A stretch of 64,000 nucleotides of DNA from Octopus vulgaris. Lineage: Eukaryota. The DNA lies in the NCBI GenBank assembly GCA_951406725.2, contig OX597820.1, forward strand, positions 31,620,001 through 31,684,000, read 5' to 3'. The notes beneath the pieces are model-generated. The model did no database searches and was not told the origin of the DNA. It saw nothing but the letters and a program-made list of their open reading frames with translations. The position numbers and the translations under genes were made by a program. Of the stretch, positions 13,784 to 27,357 are shown piece by piece. Numbering within the stretch: position 1 is the stretch's first letter; each line of letters starts with the position of its first letter.

Positions 13784-13824
13784 GTATGTCTTGTGCGTAC
13801 CCAAATTTACAGCGCCATGCAAAT

Positions 13825-14659
13825 CAGTGTTTCTCAACCAGTTTTTTTTTTTTTTACCTATGGAGCCTTCTTCATTCCTATTTTACTCGTGTGGACCCTC
13901 AAAGCCATTCAATGTTTCACAAACTCTCGATTATCTCGAAATATAATAGGGTAGTGTTTTTATATATTTGTGTGTATATATATGGAGAGAAAATAGTTTT
14001 TATATATTTGTGTATATATATATGAAAATATTTTTATATATTTGTGTATATATATATATGGAGAGAAAATAGTAATTCAGTGAAGGAGTAGTAGTGAGAG
14101 TAATAGCTCTGACTGAGAGGGAGTGAGAGAAAGTAACAGCATTGAGAGAAAGGAAGGGGTGATAGATGAATAAGGAAGGAAGGGGTGAAAAAAAATCAGC
14201 GCTTCAACTCTGTGTGTGTGTGCGTGCACAAGGGAAGTATGTGAATGTTTGTATGTGTGATTATTATGTATTTTATTTTGTACCTTATTTATATATAAGA
14301 TACCACAATTAGCCGTCATTATTGACGGCACGTGTCAGCTAGCATATTTATAATTAAATATTATTACGAATTGCATAAAGAATTGTTAAGATATATCGTG
14401 CATTCTAGAAGTATCTTTTATCTTATACTTGTTTCAGTCATTTGACTGCGGTCATGCTGGGGCACCACCCTGAAGACATTTAGTCGAATGTATCGACTGG
14501 AGTCGATACATTCGACTATTCTTTTAAAGCCTGGTACTTATTCTATCGGTTCCTTGTGCTGAACCGCTAAGTTACGGGGACGTAAACACACCAGCACCGA
14601 CTGTCAAGCAGTGGTAGGGCACAAACACAGGCACAACGAAACACACACATACACACATA

Positions 14660-14711
<52 letters not shown>

Positions 14712-14951
14712 CACAGCGGACGTTTTTCAGTTTCCGTCTACCAAATCCACTCACAAGTCTTTGGTCGGCCCGAGTCTATTGCAGAAGACACTTGCCCAAG
14801 GTGCCACGCATTGGGACTGAACTTGGAACCATATGGCTGGGAAGCAAGCTTCTTACCACACAGCTACGCCTAATTTATTATACATAAATTTCAACAATAA
14901 AATCTTGCATGGACCTCATAAGCTCTTATGGACTCTGGTTGAAAACCACTG
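13825..14951. mobile_element. hAT-like MITE with nested insertions
   Basis: TIRs cagtgtttctcaacc / ggttgaaaaccactg; imperfect 8-bp TSD atgcaaat/atgtagat. Confidence 0.65.
14425..14871 (-). mobile_element. Family-A SINE
   Basis: Full head-to-tail match. Confidence 0.88.
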
Positions 14952-14999
14952 ATGTAGATTATCACATTCCAGCCTGCAACAAATATAATAGTTAATTAT

Positions 15000-15309
15000 T
15001 TATTTATGCGCCCTTTTCAAGCCTAGCCATGCTCATGGGCCCGGTTTCCCGGTTTCTGTGGCGTATGTGTTCCCCCCAGCTGGACGGGACGCCAGTCCAT
15101 CGCAGCGTTACTCAAGAAACAGGAAGAGAGAGTGAGAGAAAGTTGGGGCGAAAGAGTACAGCAGGGGTCGACATCACCCCATGCCGGAGCCTCGTGGAGC
15201 TTTAGGTGTTTTCGTTCAATAAACACACACACCGCCCGATCTGGGAATCGAAACCGCGATCCTCCGACCGCGAGTCCGCTGCCCTAACCACTGGGCCATT
15301 GCGCCTCCA
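15000..15309 (-). mobile_element. Family-C tRNA(Arg)-like SINE
   Basis: Reverse complement of the 11086 element; anticodon-like ctcgcgg loop. Confidence 0.9.
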
Positions 15310-15728
15310 TAATAGATAATTAACTACTTTATTCAGTAGTATTACTCGTTATGAGATGCAGAGCAAATGTAGAAGAAATTAAGATAAACACAAGTTTATA
15401 TCATTATTTCCTACGTACGTTTCGACATTTTGGTTACTTATAGTGGACTATTGTTAAGAGATGGTTAGATGGTAAGGGAACTGCAAGGTGATGCAGAAGC
15501 ACTTAGCTCTGATTACACTGCATGGGACAGCAGAAACAACCGTAAGCCAATGAAATCCATGGCATAATTTCCTGTACTTTTGTTATTTATTAAATTTAAT
15601 ACACATGCGCGCGCACACATATATACATATATACATATACATACAAATGCATACATGCATACATTCACACACACATGCATACATACATATATACATGCAT
15701 GCATACATACATACACACATACATACAC

Positions 15729-15759
<31 letters not shown>

Positions 15760-15822
15760 TACACATATGCACGCACATACACGCACACATATATATGTAT
15801 ATATGTATGTAGCTCACAGTCA

Positions 15823-15888
<66 letters not shown>

Positions 15889-16380
15889 TTTCTTGGTCTA
15901 CTAATCAGATTTCTTGGTCTACTCCGTGCTCCCGTGTCTCCGGGCAAACCAAAGACTGTTTTGCGCGGTGGGTGTAGGGCATGTTTGGATAGGAGCGAAC
16001 GTCGAAGTAAGACAAATGAACCGAACGACTGTCTGCACTTAGAGTTGTCCAAGTTTCTTGTCTTCAAACGAGGTGAACATCGCTTCCAATGGTCGATTTT
16101 TAGCCATTTTCTCGTCGTTTAATCTGTTAATGGATGAAGTGACCAACGAAAGTGTAATCAGTGTGCGCTCACACATTATAAAATATATACCCATACTTAC
16201 ACACACACTATCTCACATACACATATTCACACACATACATACATACATATACACAGACGTTCGTATACGCTCATACACACATACCCATGCACTCACATAC
16301 GCTCTCGTTTTCACACGAGATTAACTCTTATCTAGTATCCTAACCCGTAGTAGCTTATGTGTAATAAACTCATTTATTTA

Positions 16381-16387
<7 letters not shown>

Positions 16388-16446
<59 letters not shown>

Positions 16447-16665
16447 TATGTGTGTGTGTGTGTGTATTTGTATTTATACGTATATACATACACACAAACA
16501 TATATACATAAACATATATACATATATGTACACACACACACATATTTCTTTATACATATACATATATGCATACAAATGTTGTGTGTATGTTTGTATATAT
16601 ATATATATATATGTATATATACACATATATACATACATACATACATACATACATACATACATACA

Positions 16666-16701
<36 letters not shown>

Positions 16702-16734
16702 TGTATATATATATATATATTATATATATACATA

Positions 16735-16798
<64 letters not shown>

Positions 16799-17088
16799 AT
16801 ATATATAGATATATGTGTGTATATGCACGTATACATATGCACACACATGTACATATGTATGTACATGTATACATATGCATATATGTGTATATTTGTATGC
16901 ATGCACATACACACACACATATATACAGATATGCATACATACACACATACACACATGTTTATGTATGTATGCATATATGTATGAATACACACAAACATAT
17001 ACGCATATGCCTATATATGTTTGTCTGTGTGTGTGTGATGAGTGTGTGTGTGTGTGTGTGTGTGAGTGTGTGTGTGTGTGTGTGTGTA
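16388..17088. repeat. Compound TA/CA/TACA microsatellite field
   Basis: Seen directly. Confidence 0.95.
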
Positions 17089-17182
17089 TGTTAAAGAAAA
17101 ACAACGGTTGAAATATGCTTAAGGAAAATTTCATTCAGTGAACGAGTTTGTTGTGTATCACATAGAAACACTGACTCGAGAT

Positions 17183-17271
<89 letters not shown>

Positions 17272-17340
17272 GCAACAACAACAACAACAACAACAACAAC
17301 AGCAACAGTGACACTAGCAACAACAACAACATCAGTAACA
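17183..17340. repeat. (CAG)n(CAA)n trinucleotide repeat
   Basis: Seen directly; no supporting coding context. Confidence 0.95.
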
Positions 17341-17858
17341 AAAATAATTATCTTTACTGTGACAGCTTACAACAGGGGGATTGAAACTCCTCATGTATCA
17401 ATCAACCCATGTAACCGGCCCAGTCTTACCCATACAAGAACCTGGTAAAAACATATTTTGTTCACAGAGAGAGAGAGAGAGAGAGAGGAGGGAGAGAGAG
17501 AAGGAAAAAAGGAGTAGTGGTGGGGTTCGTACCAAAAGTTGACCAGGTGCCTTGTGTTATTTGTTCCTGGTCACCACATTCTGAATTCAAAATCCGGCCT
17601 TGGATTATTTGGGCTGACAGATTTAAACCATCATTCGGTTTGAAATTACTATCGTCATCACCCGGTGCATAAGGTGCCGTCGGAGCACCCTACTTTGATG
17701 TAAATGTTTGGGCCAAATTTCCGGTTTGAAGATACATATCTAACCTCACCTTATCCCCCGCTCCGCAAGTTACGGAGGCACTTTATAGGGGGTTGGTCAT
17801 GGGCCCTATCCTTCCTCCTGACTAAAAGATAGAAAAAAAGTTTTTAAAAATTGTTATA

Positions 17859-18274
17859 GGCGTAGGAGTGGCTGTGTGGTAAGTAGCTTGCTTACGAACC
17901 ACATGGTTCCGGGTTCATTCCTACTGCGTGGCACCTTGGGCAAGTGTTTTCTACTATAGCCTCGGGCCGACCAAAACATTGTGAGTGAATTTCGTAGACG
18001 GAAACTGAAAGAAGCCCGTCGTATATATGTATATATATATATATATGTATGTGTGTGTATATGTTTGTGTGTCTGTGTTTGTTCTCCCAACATCGCTTGA
18101 CAACCGATGCTTGTGTGTTTACGTACCCGTAACTTAGCGTTCGGTAAAAGAGACCGATAGAATAATTACTAGGCTTACAAAGAATAAGTCCTGGGGTCGA
18201 TTTGCTCGACTAAAGGCGGTGCTCCAGCATGGCCACAGTCAAATGACTGAAACAAGTAAAAGAGTAAAGAGTAA
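17859..18274 (+). mobile_element. Family-A SINE, full length
   Basis: Head ggcgtaggagtggctgtgtggtaag to tail gactgaaacaagtaaaagagtaa. Confidence 0.92.
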
Positions 18275-18543
18275 AATATGTGGGTTTCTTTGCCTTTAGT
18301 TCCAGGCGCAGGCATGGCTGTGTGGTCAAGAAGCCCGCTTTGCAGCCAGGTGATTTCAAGTTCAGTTCCAAGTGTTGTCTATTATAGGTTCAAGCTGAAC
18401 AATGCTTTGTGAGTGAACTATGACTTAAACTATGTTTAAGTCTGTCATATATATTCATCTGTGTGTGTGTATGTGTGTGTGTGTGTGTATGTGTGTATGT
18501 GTATGTGTGTGTGTGTGTGTGCGCGCGCCTTTCTTATTAACAT

Positions 18544-18615
18544 TCGGCAGAAGCTGCAGAGTATCTCAGCGGCCGAGAGTTTCGTGCTCTTCAGTCACTC
18601 TGTAACTTCTGCCGA
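18544..18615 (-). ncRNA. Hairpin with degenerate hammerhead-like core
   Basis: Long closing stem ucggcagaaguuacagag/cucugcagcuucugccga around CUGAAGA-GCAC-GAAA-cucuc..gaga-UA. Confidence 0.35.
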
Positions 18616-18677
18616 TTAATTATTAAAAACCTATATACTCATGTTTTGAGTTCTATGTGTGCGTGTGTGTTTGCGCT

Positions 18678-18751
<74 letters not shown>

Positions 18752-18832
18752 TTCATCATGTGATCTCTTAAGCACCACCAGCTCAAATATTGTCTCCTCT
18801 GTCTTCCCTCCTTGGGATCTTTCCTTCTCCTT

Positions 18833-18867
18833 GTTTCCGACGAAGAGCTCCGCTCGAAACGTTAAAC
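18833..18867 (+). ncRNA. Minimal type I hammerhead ribozyme motif (Penelope-like element type, U4C variant)
   Basis: GUUU-CCGACGA-A-GAGC ucc GCUC-GAAA-CG-UU-AAAC. Confidence 0.6.
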
Positions 18868-18981
18868 CCTCCTTCCCTTCTTTCCTGAGCGTCAATAATA
18901 CTTTAATTGTTCCATGTCCTGCGTTGCTGTGTTTTTTTTCTCTTTTTTTCTCTTTTTTTCTGTGTTTTCTTGTTTGTATTA

Positions 18982-19124
<143 letters not shown>

Positions 19125-19129
19125 TAGTG

Positions 19130-19462
19130 AAGGCGCATGGCTCAGTGGTTAGAGCGTCGAGCTTACGATCGTGAGGTTGTGAGTTCGAATCCCGGACCGG
19201 GCTGCGTGTTGTCTTCTTGAGCAAGTCACTTTATTTCACGTTGCTCCAGTTCACTCAGTTGTAGAAACGAGTTGCGACGTCACAGGTGCCAAGCTGAATC
19301 GGCCGTTGCCTTTCCCTTGGATAACACTGGTGGCGTGGAGAGGGGCGGCTGGTATGCATGGGCGACTGCTGGTCTTCCATAAACAACCTTGCCCGGACTT
19401 GTGCCTGGGAGGGTAACTTTCTAGGTACAATCCCATGGTCATTCATGACCGAAGGGGGTCTC
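19130..19462 (+). mobile_element. tRNA-derived CORE-like SINE, family D
   Basis: A box tggctcagtgg, B box gttcgaatcc, cttgagcaagtcactt; probable TSD tatatacta(g/a)tg; second copy at 22275-22608(-). Confidence 0.88.
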
Positions 19463-19906
19463 AAATATATATATACTAATGTAAGATCCAGGGATCGAGG
19501 TGTTACCACCATTCCATAACTCTCTTTCAGTCTCCACCCCCTCTCTCTCTATAGTTTTTATACATATATATATGTATGTATGTATGTATCTATGTATATA
19601 TATATATTTATAGAGGCACATTTATATCACCGCTTATCAAGTCATCGCAGAAAACGTGCATGCTTGTTTGTTAAAAAACAACAACATTATGTAATTATAG
19701 TTCTTAAATCTGACGGGAAGAGGTGAATGGCTACGCTGGTGTAATGATAGTACACCAGATCAGTAGAATAAGTACCAGGCTTTAAAAATAAGGTACTGGG
19801 ACCGATTTATTCGACTAAAAATTCTTTAAGGTGGTGCCCCAGCTTGGCCACAGTCTCTGTGACTGAAACAAGTAAAATATATAACCCTCCCTTTTCTGTC
19901 TTTACA

Positions 19907-19977
<71 letters not shown>

Positions 19978-20126
19978 TTATCTGTCTGTCTGTCTGTCTG
20001 TCTGTCTAGCTAGCTAGCTTCATAGCCAATACAAATAAACAAACAATTCAAATAAACGAATAGAAACGGACAGCATGAGGATATGTACAGGAAATGTATT
20101 AGTTTGACGCTCGGTAAAAAGAGAGA

Positions 20127-20160
20127 GTTTGACGTTTCGAGCATAGTTCTTCGTCGAAAA
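20127..20160 (-). ncRNA. Degenerate minimal hammerhead motif (same family as 18833)
   Basis: Minus: uuu-UCGACGA-A-gaac uau gcuc-GAAA-CG-UC-aaac. Confidence 0.45.
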
Positions 20161-20574
20161 GGAAATAGCTACTATGACAGAGCAGCTCGAAGGTAACCTT
20201 TTCTTCGGGGCCGTCAAATGTCCAAAAGAAGAAAAGAGAAATAGATTTTTCAAAAACGATGTCTATTTACTTTTGAGATGTCTTTGCACACGTATATATA
20301 TGTGCGTGTATCCAACACCGCTTGACAGATCGTTGTTGGTTTGTTTACGTCTCCATTATTCGGTAAAAGAGAATGGTATAATCAGCACTAGACTTTAAAA
20401 TAGGAACGGAAGGACGATTGATTCGACATAAAAAAAGCCTCTCAAGGTGATGCCCCAGCTTGGTCGTAGTCCAATGACTGAAACAAGTAAACGATAAAAT
20501 ATTAAAGATATACGTTGATATATATTCCGGAAACTTAAGAGCGATGTCAATATTGATTTGATTTCAATTTTTAT

Positions 20575-20774
20575 GGCACAAGGCCAGCAATTTCTGAGGA
20601 GGGGATAAGTCGATTACATCGACCCCAGTGTTCAACTGGTACTTATTTTATCGACTCCGAAAGGATGAAAGGCAAAGTTGATGTCGGCGGAATTTGAACT
20701 CAGAACATATACACGGACGAAATGCCGCTAAGCATTTTGCCTGGCGCAGTAACGGTTCTGCCAGCTCGCGCCTC

Positions 20775-20836
<62 letters not shown>

Positions 20837-20870
20837 TGATGATGATGACGATAACAATAATAATAATAAC

Positions 20871-20930
<60 letters not shown>

Positions 20931-21143
20931 CCTTTCTACTAAAAGCACAAGGCCTGAAATTCTGTGGGAAGGAGAAAGTCGATCACATCGACCCCAGTAT
21001 TTGACTGGTACTTAATTTATCAACCCCGAAAGGATGAAAAGCGAAGTCAACCTCATTGGAATTTGAACTCAGAGCGCAAAGATGGGAGAAATGCCGCTAA
21101 GGATTTTACTCGGCGTGCTAACGATTCTGCCAGCTCACCGCTT
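20575..21143 (-). mobile_element. Two family-B SINEs separated by a (TAA)n/(TGA)n tract at 20775-20930
   Basis: gaaaggatgaaaggcaaagt...gaatttgaactcag occurs twice. Confidence 0.88.
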
Positions 21144-21690
21144 TAAAACGAAGCCATTATTGACAAGAAGTGTTGCTGACCTCTGTTGGATTCTTGTATT
21201 CTAAGAGCAAGTGATTGATTTAGGATACGTGTGGACCAAAATAAACAAATAAAGTCTTAAGTTACGCAGATACAACAAAAGAATGCGGATTAAGCCACAT
21301 ATTACGCATGGAATTAGAAGTCGCCCCCCAAACGTCATTTCCACTGTGATATGACTTTGCTGAAATAATATATAACACAAGTGCCCCAGCACGGCCACAG
21401 TTTAAAGACTGAGACAAGAGATAAAAGATAGGCGTCATTTGTTGGAAATGAAAGCTTTGCGAGAAATATAAACATACAAATACAGTTATTGCCTGTCATA
21501 TATACATACATACATACATACATACATACATACATACATACATACGCATAAATATGTGTGTGTGTGTGTATACATATATGTATATATTTGGTGTTATAGA
21601 CAGGATAACTACAACCAAAAACATGAGTATATATTTTTAGTTATATTGCATGAAACTCTCGGCCTTTGAATCACTTTATAACTACTGCTG

Positions 21691-21769
<79 letters not shown>

Positions 21770-21907
21770 TAATCCAAACGGGAAAACAGAAAAAACAACA
21801 ACACGTGGAACAATTACAGTATTATTATTATTAGGCGCTCAGGAAAATGGAAGATATCTTGGCTACATGTGTTTCTTGAGGTTCTTTTACGGTTCCTTAA
21901 GCACGCA

Positions 21908-21987
<80 letters not shown>

Positions 21988-22211
21988 GAAGAGAAAAAAA
22001 CCCCATTAAGAAATTCAATTGATAGTGAAAGATATTATCTATATTAAATCATATAGAAAGAATATAAATATATTATAATAAATATTATTCTAAAAATCAC
22101 TAAATTAAATAAATTATATACATATATTATATATTGTGAAATTTGATTTGCTAAATTGAATTTTTTCCTGTAAGTTTTGGAATTTTATATTCCCTACTAT
22201 TTAATAATATT

Positions 22212-22272
<61 letters not shown>

Positions 22273-22274
22273 GT

Positions 22275-22607
22275 AAAGACCCCTTTTAGTCATCAGTGAC
22301 CATGGGATTGCACTTAGAAAGTTACCCTCTAAGGAACAAGTCCGAGTAGGGTGTTCAAGGAAGACCAGCAGTAGTGCATGCATACTAATCTCCCCTCTCT
22401 ACACCACTGATGTTATCCAAGAGAAAGGCAAAGGCTGATACAGCTTGGCACCAGTGATGTCGCAATTCATTTCTACAGCTGAGTGAACTGGAGCAACGTG
22501 AAATAAAGTGTTTTGCTCAAGAAAACAACACACAGCCAAGTCCGGGAATTGAACTCACTACCTTATGATTGAGAGCCCGACGCACTAACCACTGAACCAT
22601 GCGCCTC

Positions 22608-22608
<1 letters not shown>
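22275..22608 (-). mobile_element. Family-D SINE
   Basis: Reverse complement of the 19130 element. Confidence 0.85.
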
Positions 22609-22650
<42 letters not shown>

Positions 22651-22699
22651 ACACACACACACACTGACAGACACACACACACACACATTTATAGAATCT

Positions 22700-23183
22700 T
22701 GCCGAGCTCGACTTTGCCTTTCATCCTTTCGGGATCGATAAAATAAGCACCAGTTGAACACTGGAGTCAATGCAATTGGGTTGCACCCTCTAAAGTTTCT
22801 GGCTTTGTGCTGCTGTGTTAACGACCCCCGTAACTTAGCAGTTCGGCAAAAGAATCGATAGAATAAATACAAGGTTTTTAAAAAATGCACTGGGGTCGAT
22901 TCAGTCGATTAAAATTCTTCAAGGTGGTGCCCCAGCATGGCCGCAGTCCAATGACTGAAACAGCAGCACCAGTTGTCAAGCGGTGGTGGAGGAACAAACA
23001 TAGACACACACACAAACACACTACTGACTTCTTTCAATTTCCGTCTACCAAATCCACTCAAAAGGCTTTGGTCGGCCTGTGGCTATAGTAGAAGACACTT
23101 GCACTACGTGCCATGCAGTGAGACTGAACCCGGAACCATGTCGTTGGGAAGCAAGCTTCTTACAACACAGCCGCGTCAGCGCC
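22700..23183. mobile_element. Mosaic of family-B and family-A SINE fragments in both orientations
   Basis: Matches to consensus blocks. Confidence 0.75.
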
Positions 23184-23189
23184 TATGTG

Positions 23190-23930
23190 GTTGGTAGTCC
23201 ATCGGTATCCGATGACGACAAATCCGTGTTCTCAACGATGAGAGCGCATATGACTCCACAGTCCAAAGCTGGAAGCACAGAAACTCCCACAGATGTCATA
23301 GCGACAATCTATTGATTGTATTAAGGTGGACATTGCCCTGTACGTCTTTCTCTTTGTTGTGTGGACGCCCCCAGACGATGAAGTAGACTAACCCAATACG
23401 TAAATATAGAGGGAGAAGGCTAGACGTCGTAGAGTAGTTGAGTAGCGGTGAGAGCAGACTAGAGTAGGGTAGAGAAGAGTTGAGTTGTAGAAGGCATCCG
23501 AACGTACGACATAACACTCTTACAACATCTAGACGCTGTCGTTGATTATCTTCGAAGGCAGCTGCTGCTCGTGAGGTGAGAAACCTCCACGCTGGTCTCT
23601 TTGCGACAGAGGCTTCGATTTTGCGTGGTCTTATGCCGCTCCATTTGAGGTTACTCTTCAGAGTGCCTTCCTCGTTGGCGTGAGCCCTGTGTGAGCTCGC
23701 CGTACAACAACTCTCCGCGTACACAGTTGTCAGTCATTCTGATGACAGCCAATCAAGCATAACTGTGCCTTCAGCAACATTGACTCAATGCTTGTTGAAC
23801 AAGCTCTGTCCAGTACTTCTTGGTTTGTCACACTCTCCTGCCAGCGAATGCCCGTGATCCATCGCAGCGCCCTTGTGTGAAATTGTTCCAGCTATTTGAT
23901 GTGCCGACGGTATGGTGTCAATGTTTGACA
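23190..23930 (-). pseudogene. RTE-clade LINE 3' fragment
   Basis: HIK*LEQFHTRALRWITGIRWQESVTNQEVL..., LKSNLKWSGI...RPAWRFL...AFEDNQRQRL and C-terminal ICGSFCASSFGLWSHMRSH zinc finger; interrupted. Confidence 0.8.
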
Positions 23931-23958
23931 TCCATATATGTGTCTGTGTCTGTGTGTA

Positions 23959-24376
23959 GGCGTAGGAGTGGCTGTGTGGTAAGAAGCTTGCTTACCAACC
24001 AAATAATTCCGGGTTCAGTCCCACTGCGTGGCTCCTTGGGTAAGTGTCTTCTACTATAGCCTCGGGTCGACCAAAGCCTTGTGAGTGGATTTGGCTGACG
24101 GAAACTGAAAGAAGCCCATCGTATATATGTATATATATATATATATGTATATATATATGTGTGTGTATATGTTTGTGTGTCTGTGTTTGTCCCTCCGACA
24201 TCGCTTGACAACCGATGCTGGTGTGTTTACGTCGCCGTAACTTAGCGGTTCGGCAAAAGAGACCGATAGAATAAGTACTAGGCTTACAAAGAATAAGTCC
24301 TGGGTTCGATTTGTTCGACTAAAGGCGGTGCTCCAGCATGGCCGCAGTCAAATGACTGAAGCAAGTAAAAGAGTAA
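23959..24376 (+). mobile_element. Family-A SINE, full length
   Basis: Head-to-tail match. Confidence 0.92.
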
Positions 24377-25161
24377 GGAGAGCATTGTAGGGTGTGATTT
24401 CGAAGAGATGTGGCTGCTATTTCTTGCAAAGTGTGAAAACAAGGACAGACTTATGAAAATGCTTTGGGCAGGCAATGAGTTGACAGGAAGAATTCAAAGA
24501 ATTAAAAAGATAAATAGAAACAGCCAACAACGCCTAATATTCATTATCGCAAATAAAACAATGATTCTGCAAAAACAACAACGACAAATTCATTAAAACA
24601 GTCATTTATTGAATGTCATCACATACAGATGTTGAAAACGGATAATATCACTGTGTTAAATATAAACGTTAGCACCTTCCGTGTTGATAATTAAAAAGAA
24701 ATTTTCCAATGGACGCCAAGAAGAAAATACGTTCACAGTTTTATGGTCCTCCAGTCAAGTAACATCACAGGACTAACGGAGGTGTTCTTGCTGTTACATG
24801 TAGCATTGATGGATATTCTTACCGAGGCGGTTTGCCAACAGCATCTTGCTTGATGATGGTGCTAGTGCTCACTGTCACTTCTTTACAATGAGGCCATTCA
24901 ATGTTACGCCAGATGGAGATTATGGTAGTGACCGATGAGGTTGTTGAACTTAACGTTCAACTCTACCATCACAGATGTCGTTCTTATAAACAGTGTATGG
25001 TGATAGTGGCATTGTCCTGCATTTCCGTATTTTAGTGTGTGTGTGTGTGTGTGTGTGTGTAATTCGACAGATGTAAGTCGGGATGTGATGCATTCTCAGA
25101 GCCATCCGGGCGTTATACACAGAGTATGGCATGTAGCGGCGGAAACAATTGAAAAGACCCA

Positions 25162-25271
<110 letters not shown>

Positions 25272-25861
25272 TAATACCTATATATATACATACATACATG
25301 TACTCACTTACATATATATATATATGCATATATACGTACAGAGCGTCAAAACAAAAAAACGTGAACATAAAAAAGCAAAAACATGGATAATGAAAGAAAC
25401 AAATAGAGAAACGAGACAGGCAACATAAAGGACATTCCCTTCATCTGTTGTCCCCTGTTTTATCTACTCCGCTTTACGAAGGTTGGGACAAGACGCGACT
25501 TCATTAAAACAGTTCTTCCCGCAAAGTAAATTAAATAAAATTTGGGATTCTTGCGGAGGGTTAAAGTGGAAACAAAAACAGGACAGTAAGAGCAAAAGAG
25601 TAAAAACAAATGGTGAGGGCTGTTAAGCCATAACGAGGTGAAGTGATGAACGCTGGAGAAAAGAGCTATAACAAGAGAGACGCAAAAGTAGGTGTTATCT
25701 CTTGTAAAGCGAGAGGGAAAAAAAGAACGATAGCCGCTGGTCATGTGTCAGCAACGAGAGAGTCTGGGAGGAAGAGTGAGGGAGAGAGAGGGAGAGAAAG
25801 AGAACGGTGAAAGGGGAGCTATATAAATAACATATGTGTGTGTCTCTCTGTATATATAGAC

Positions 25862-25932
<71 letters not shown>

Positions 25933-26413
25933 AATAATATATATGTCTCTCTCTATATATATATATGTATAAATAATCTCTCTCTCTCTATGTATATATA
26001 TATATGGGTACAGGCCGTCACCAACTGTAAGCAACATGAAATACGAAAACAAGCGAGTTCAATACGCAAACAAGGAAAGAAAAAAATTGAAAATGTCGAA
26101 TGTTCGAAATGAGGAGTAGCTAGATAGCCGACAACTGATGGAGGGTCGTTCTTTGTGTTACTTATCCTGTTTTCAATTTCGTCACTTATTATATATATAT
26201 ATATATATATGCCCATGTCACGTTGAATGTACCGGTACTCGTCCGAGAATAAAAGAATATATACATATATATATATATATATATATTATATAGAGGGTAC
26301 TATTATTCATAGGTATCGCACGCTAGGAGGGACTTTTGCAGTCAAAACTACTAAAATAAACAAATTGTACCGAATGCAAAACTTCAAAGCGAGTCATTTA
26401 AAAACATAATTTA

Positions 26414-26477
26414 GTTACATATCACCTGTGATTTAGCAATCAATGCAGAATATGCATTCTATGCTCTTCAGTTCAAC
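26414..26477 (-). ncRNA. Mutated inverted copy of the hammerhead
   Basis: CGAAA changed to CUAAA and a helix I mismatch. Confidence 0.55.
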
Positions 26478-26840
26478 GAACTCAAGACATAAGAAAAAAC
26501 ACAAATTTAAAAATTTGAATAATAGTATCCTCTATATAATATAAATAAGTATTTTCAAAGTTGAAAAAATTTACAGATTTTTTCTCTTACGAGGTTTTTC
26601 ACGCTAACTACTGATAATTTCTTATAAAGATTTTATCCTTATTTTTAAATTCCTATTTTTCACCAGAATAGTTCAACTGAATTTTTGTTCCGAGTAGGCA
26701 AGTCGTTACCGAAATGCATTACGAATAAGCCCGCCATTTTCATAGATATGTAAAGATAAACATTCGTACATGCTGCAGCGAATTCTGCGGTTGGTTGTCG
26801 GGTATGTGATGTTGTGTTTTTTCTTATATGTCTTGAGTTC

Positions 26841-26904
26841 GTTGCACTGAAGAGCATAGAATGCATATTCTGCATTGATTACGAAATCACAGGTGATATG
26901 TAAC
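26841..26904 (+). ncRNA. Type I hammerhead ribozyme
   Basis: GUUGCA-CUGAAGA-G(...agaau gcau auucu...)C-GAAA-UCAC ag GUGA-UA-UGUAAC; core intact, helices I and III pair. Confidence 0.75.
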
Positions 26905-27138
26905 TAAATTCTGTTTTTAAATGACCCGCTTCGAAGTTTTGCATTCGGTACAATTTGTTTATTTTAGTAGTTTTGACTGCAAAAGTCCCTCCTAGCGTGC
27001 GGTACCTATGAATAATAGTACCCTCTATATAATATAAATAAGTATTTTCAAAGTTGAAAAAATTTACAGATTTTTTCTCTTACGAGGTTTTTCACGCAAA
27101 CTACTGATAATTTCTTATAAAGATTTTATCCTTATTTT

Positions 27139-27212
<74 letters not shown>

Positions 27213-27306
27213 CAAGAGTGAAGTTGGCAAGCATGCGGAAGATCCTTACCGTAAGTGTTAATCACAGCACTTTTAAATAAACAGCTTATTGTTTCAGCTG
27301 AATGAG

Positions 27307-27357
<51 letters not shown>

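Larger units (their letters stand above)
26282..27143 (+). mobile_element. Retrozyme/Penelope-like non-autonomous element: ~493-bp unit in partial tandem plus inverted 5' segment
   Basis: 26516-26650 repeated at 27009-27143; 26282-26504 is the reverse complement of about 26812-27035; flanked by (TA)n; contains an HHR. Confidence 0.8.

Noticed and set aside
15890-16170. Unique-looking island, possible exon
   Set aside because: No convincing frame or homology recognised by eye
19130-19205. Possible tRNA gene (also 15235-15309, 34618-34692, 62233-62306, 10465-10535)
   Set aside because: Heads continue into SINE bodies and lack a proper acceptor stem and terminator; treated as tRNA-derived repeats
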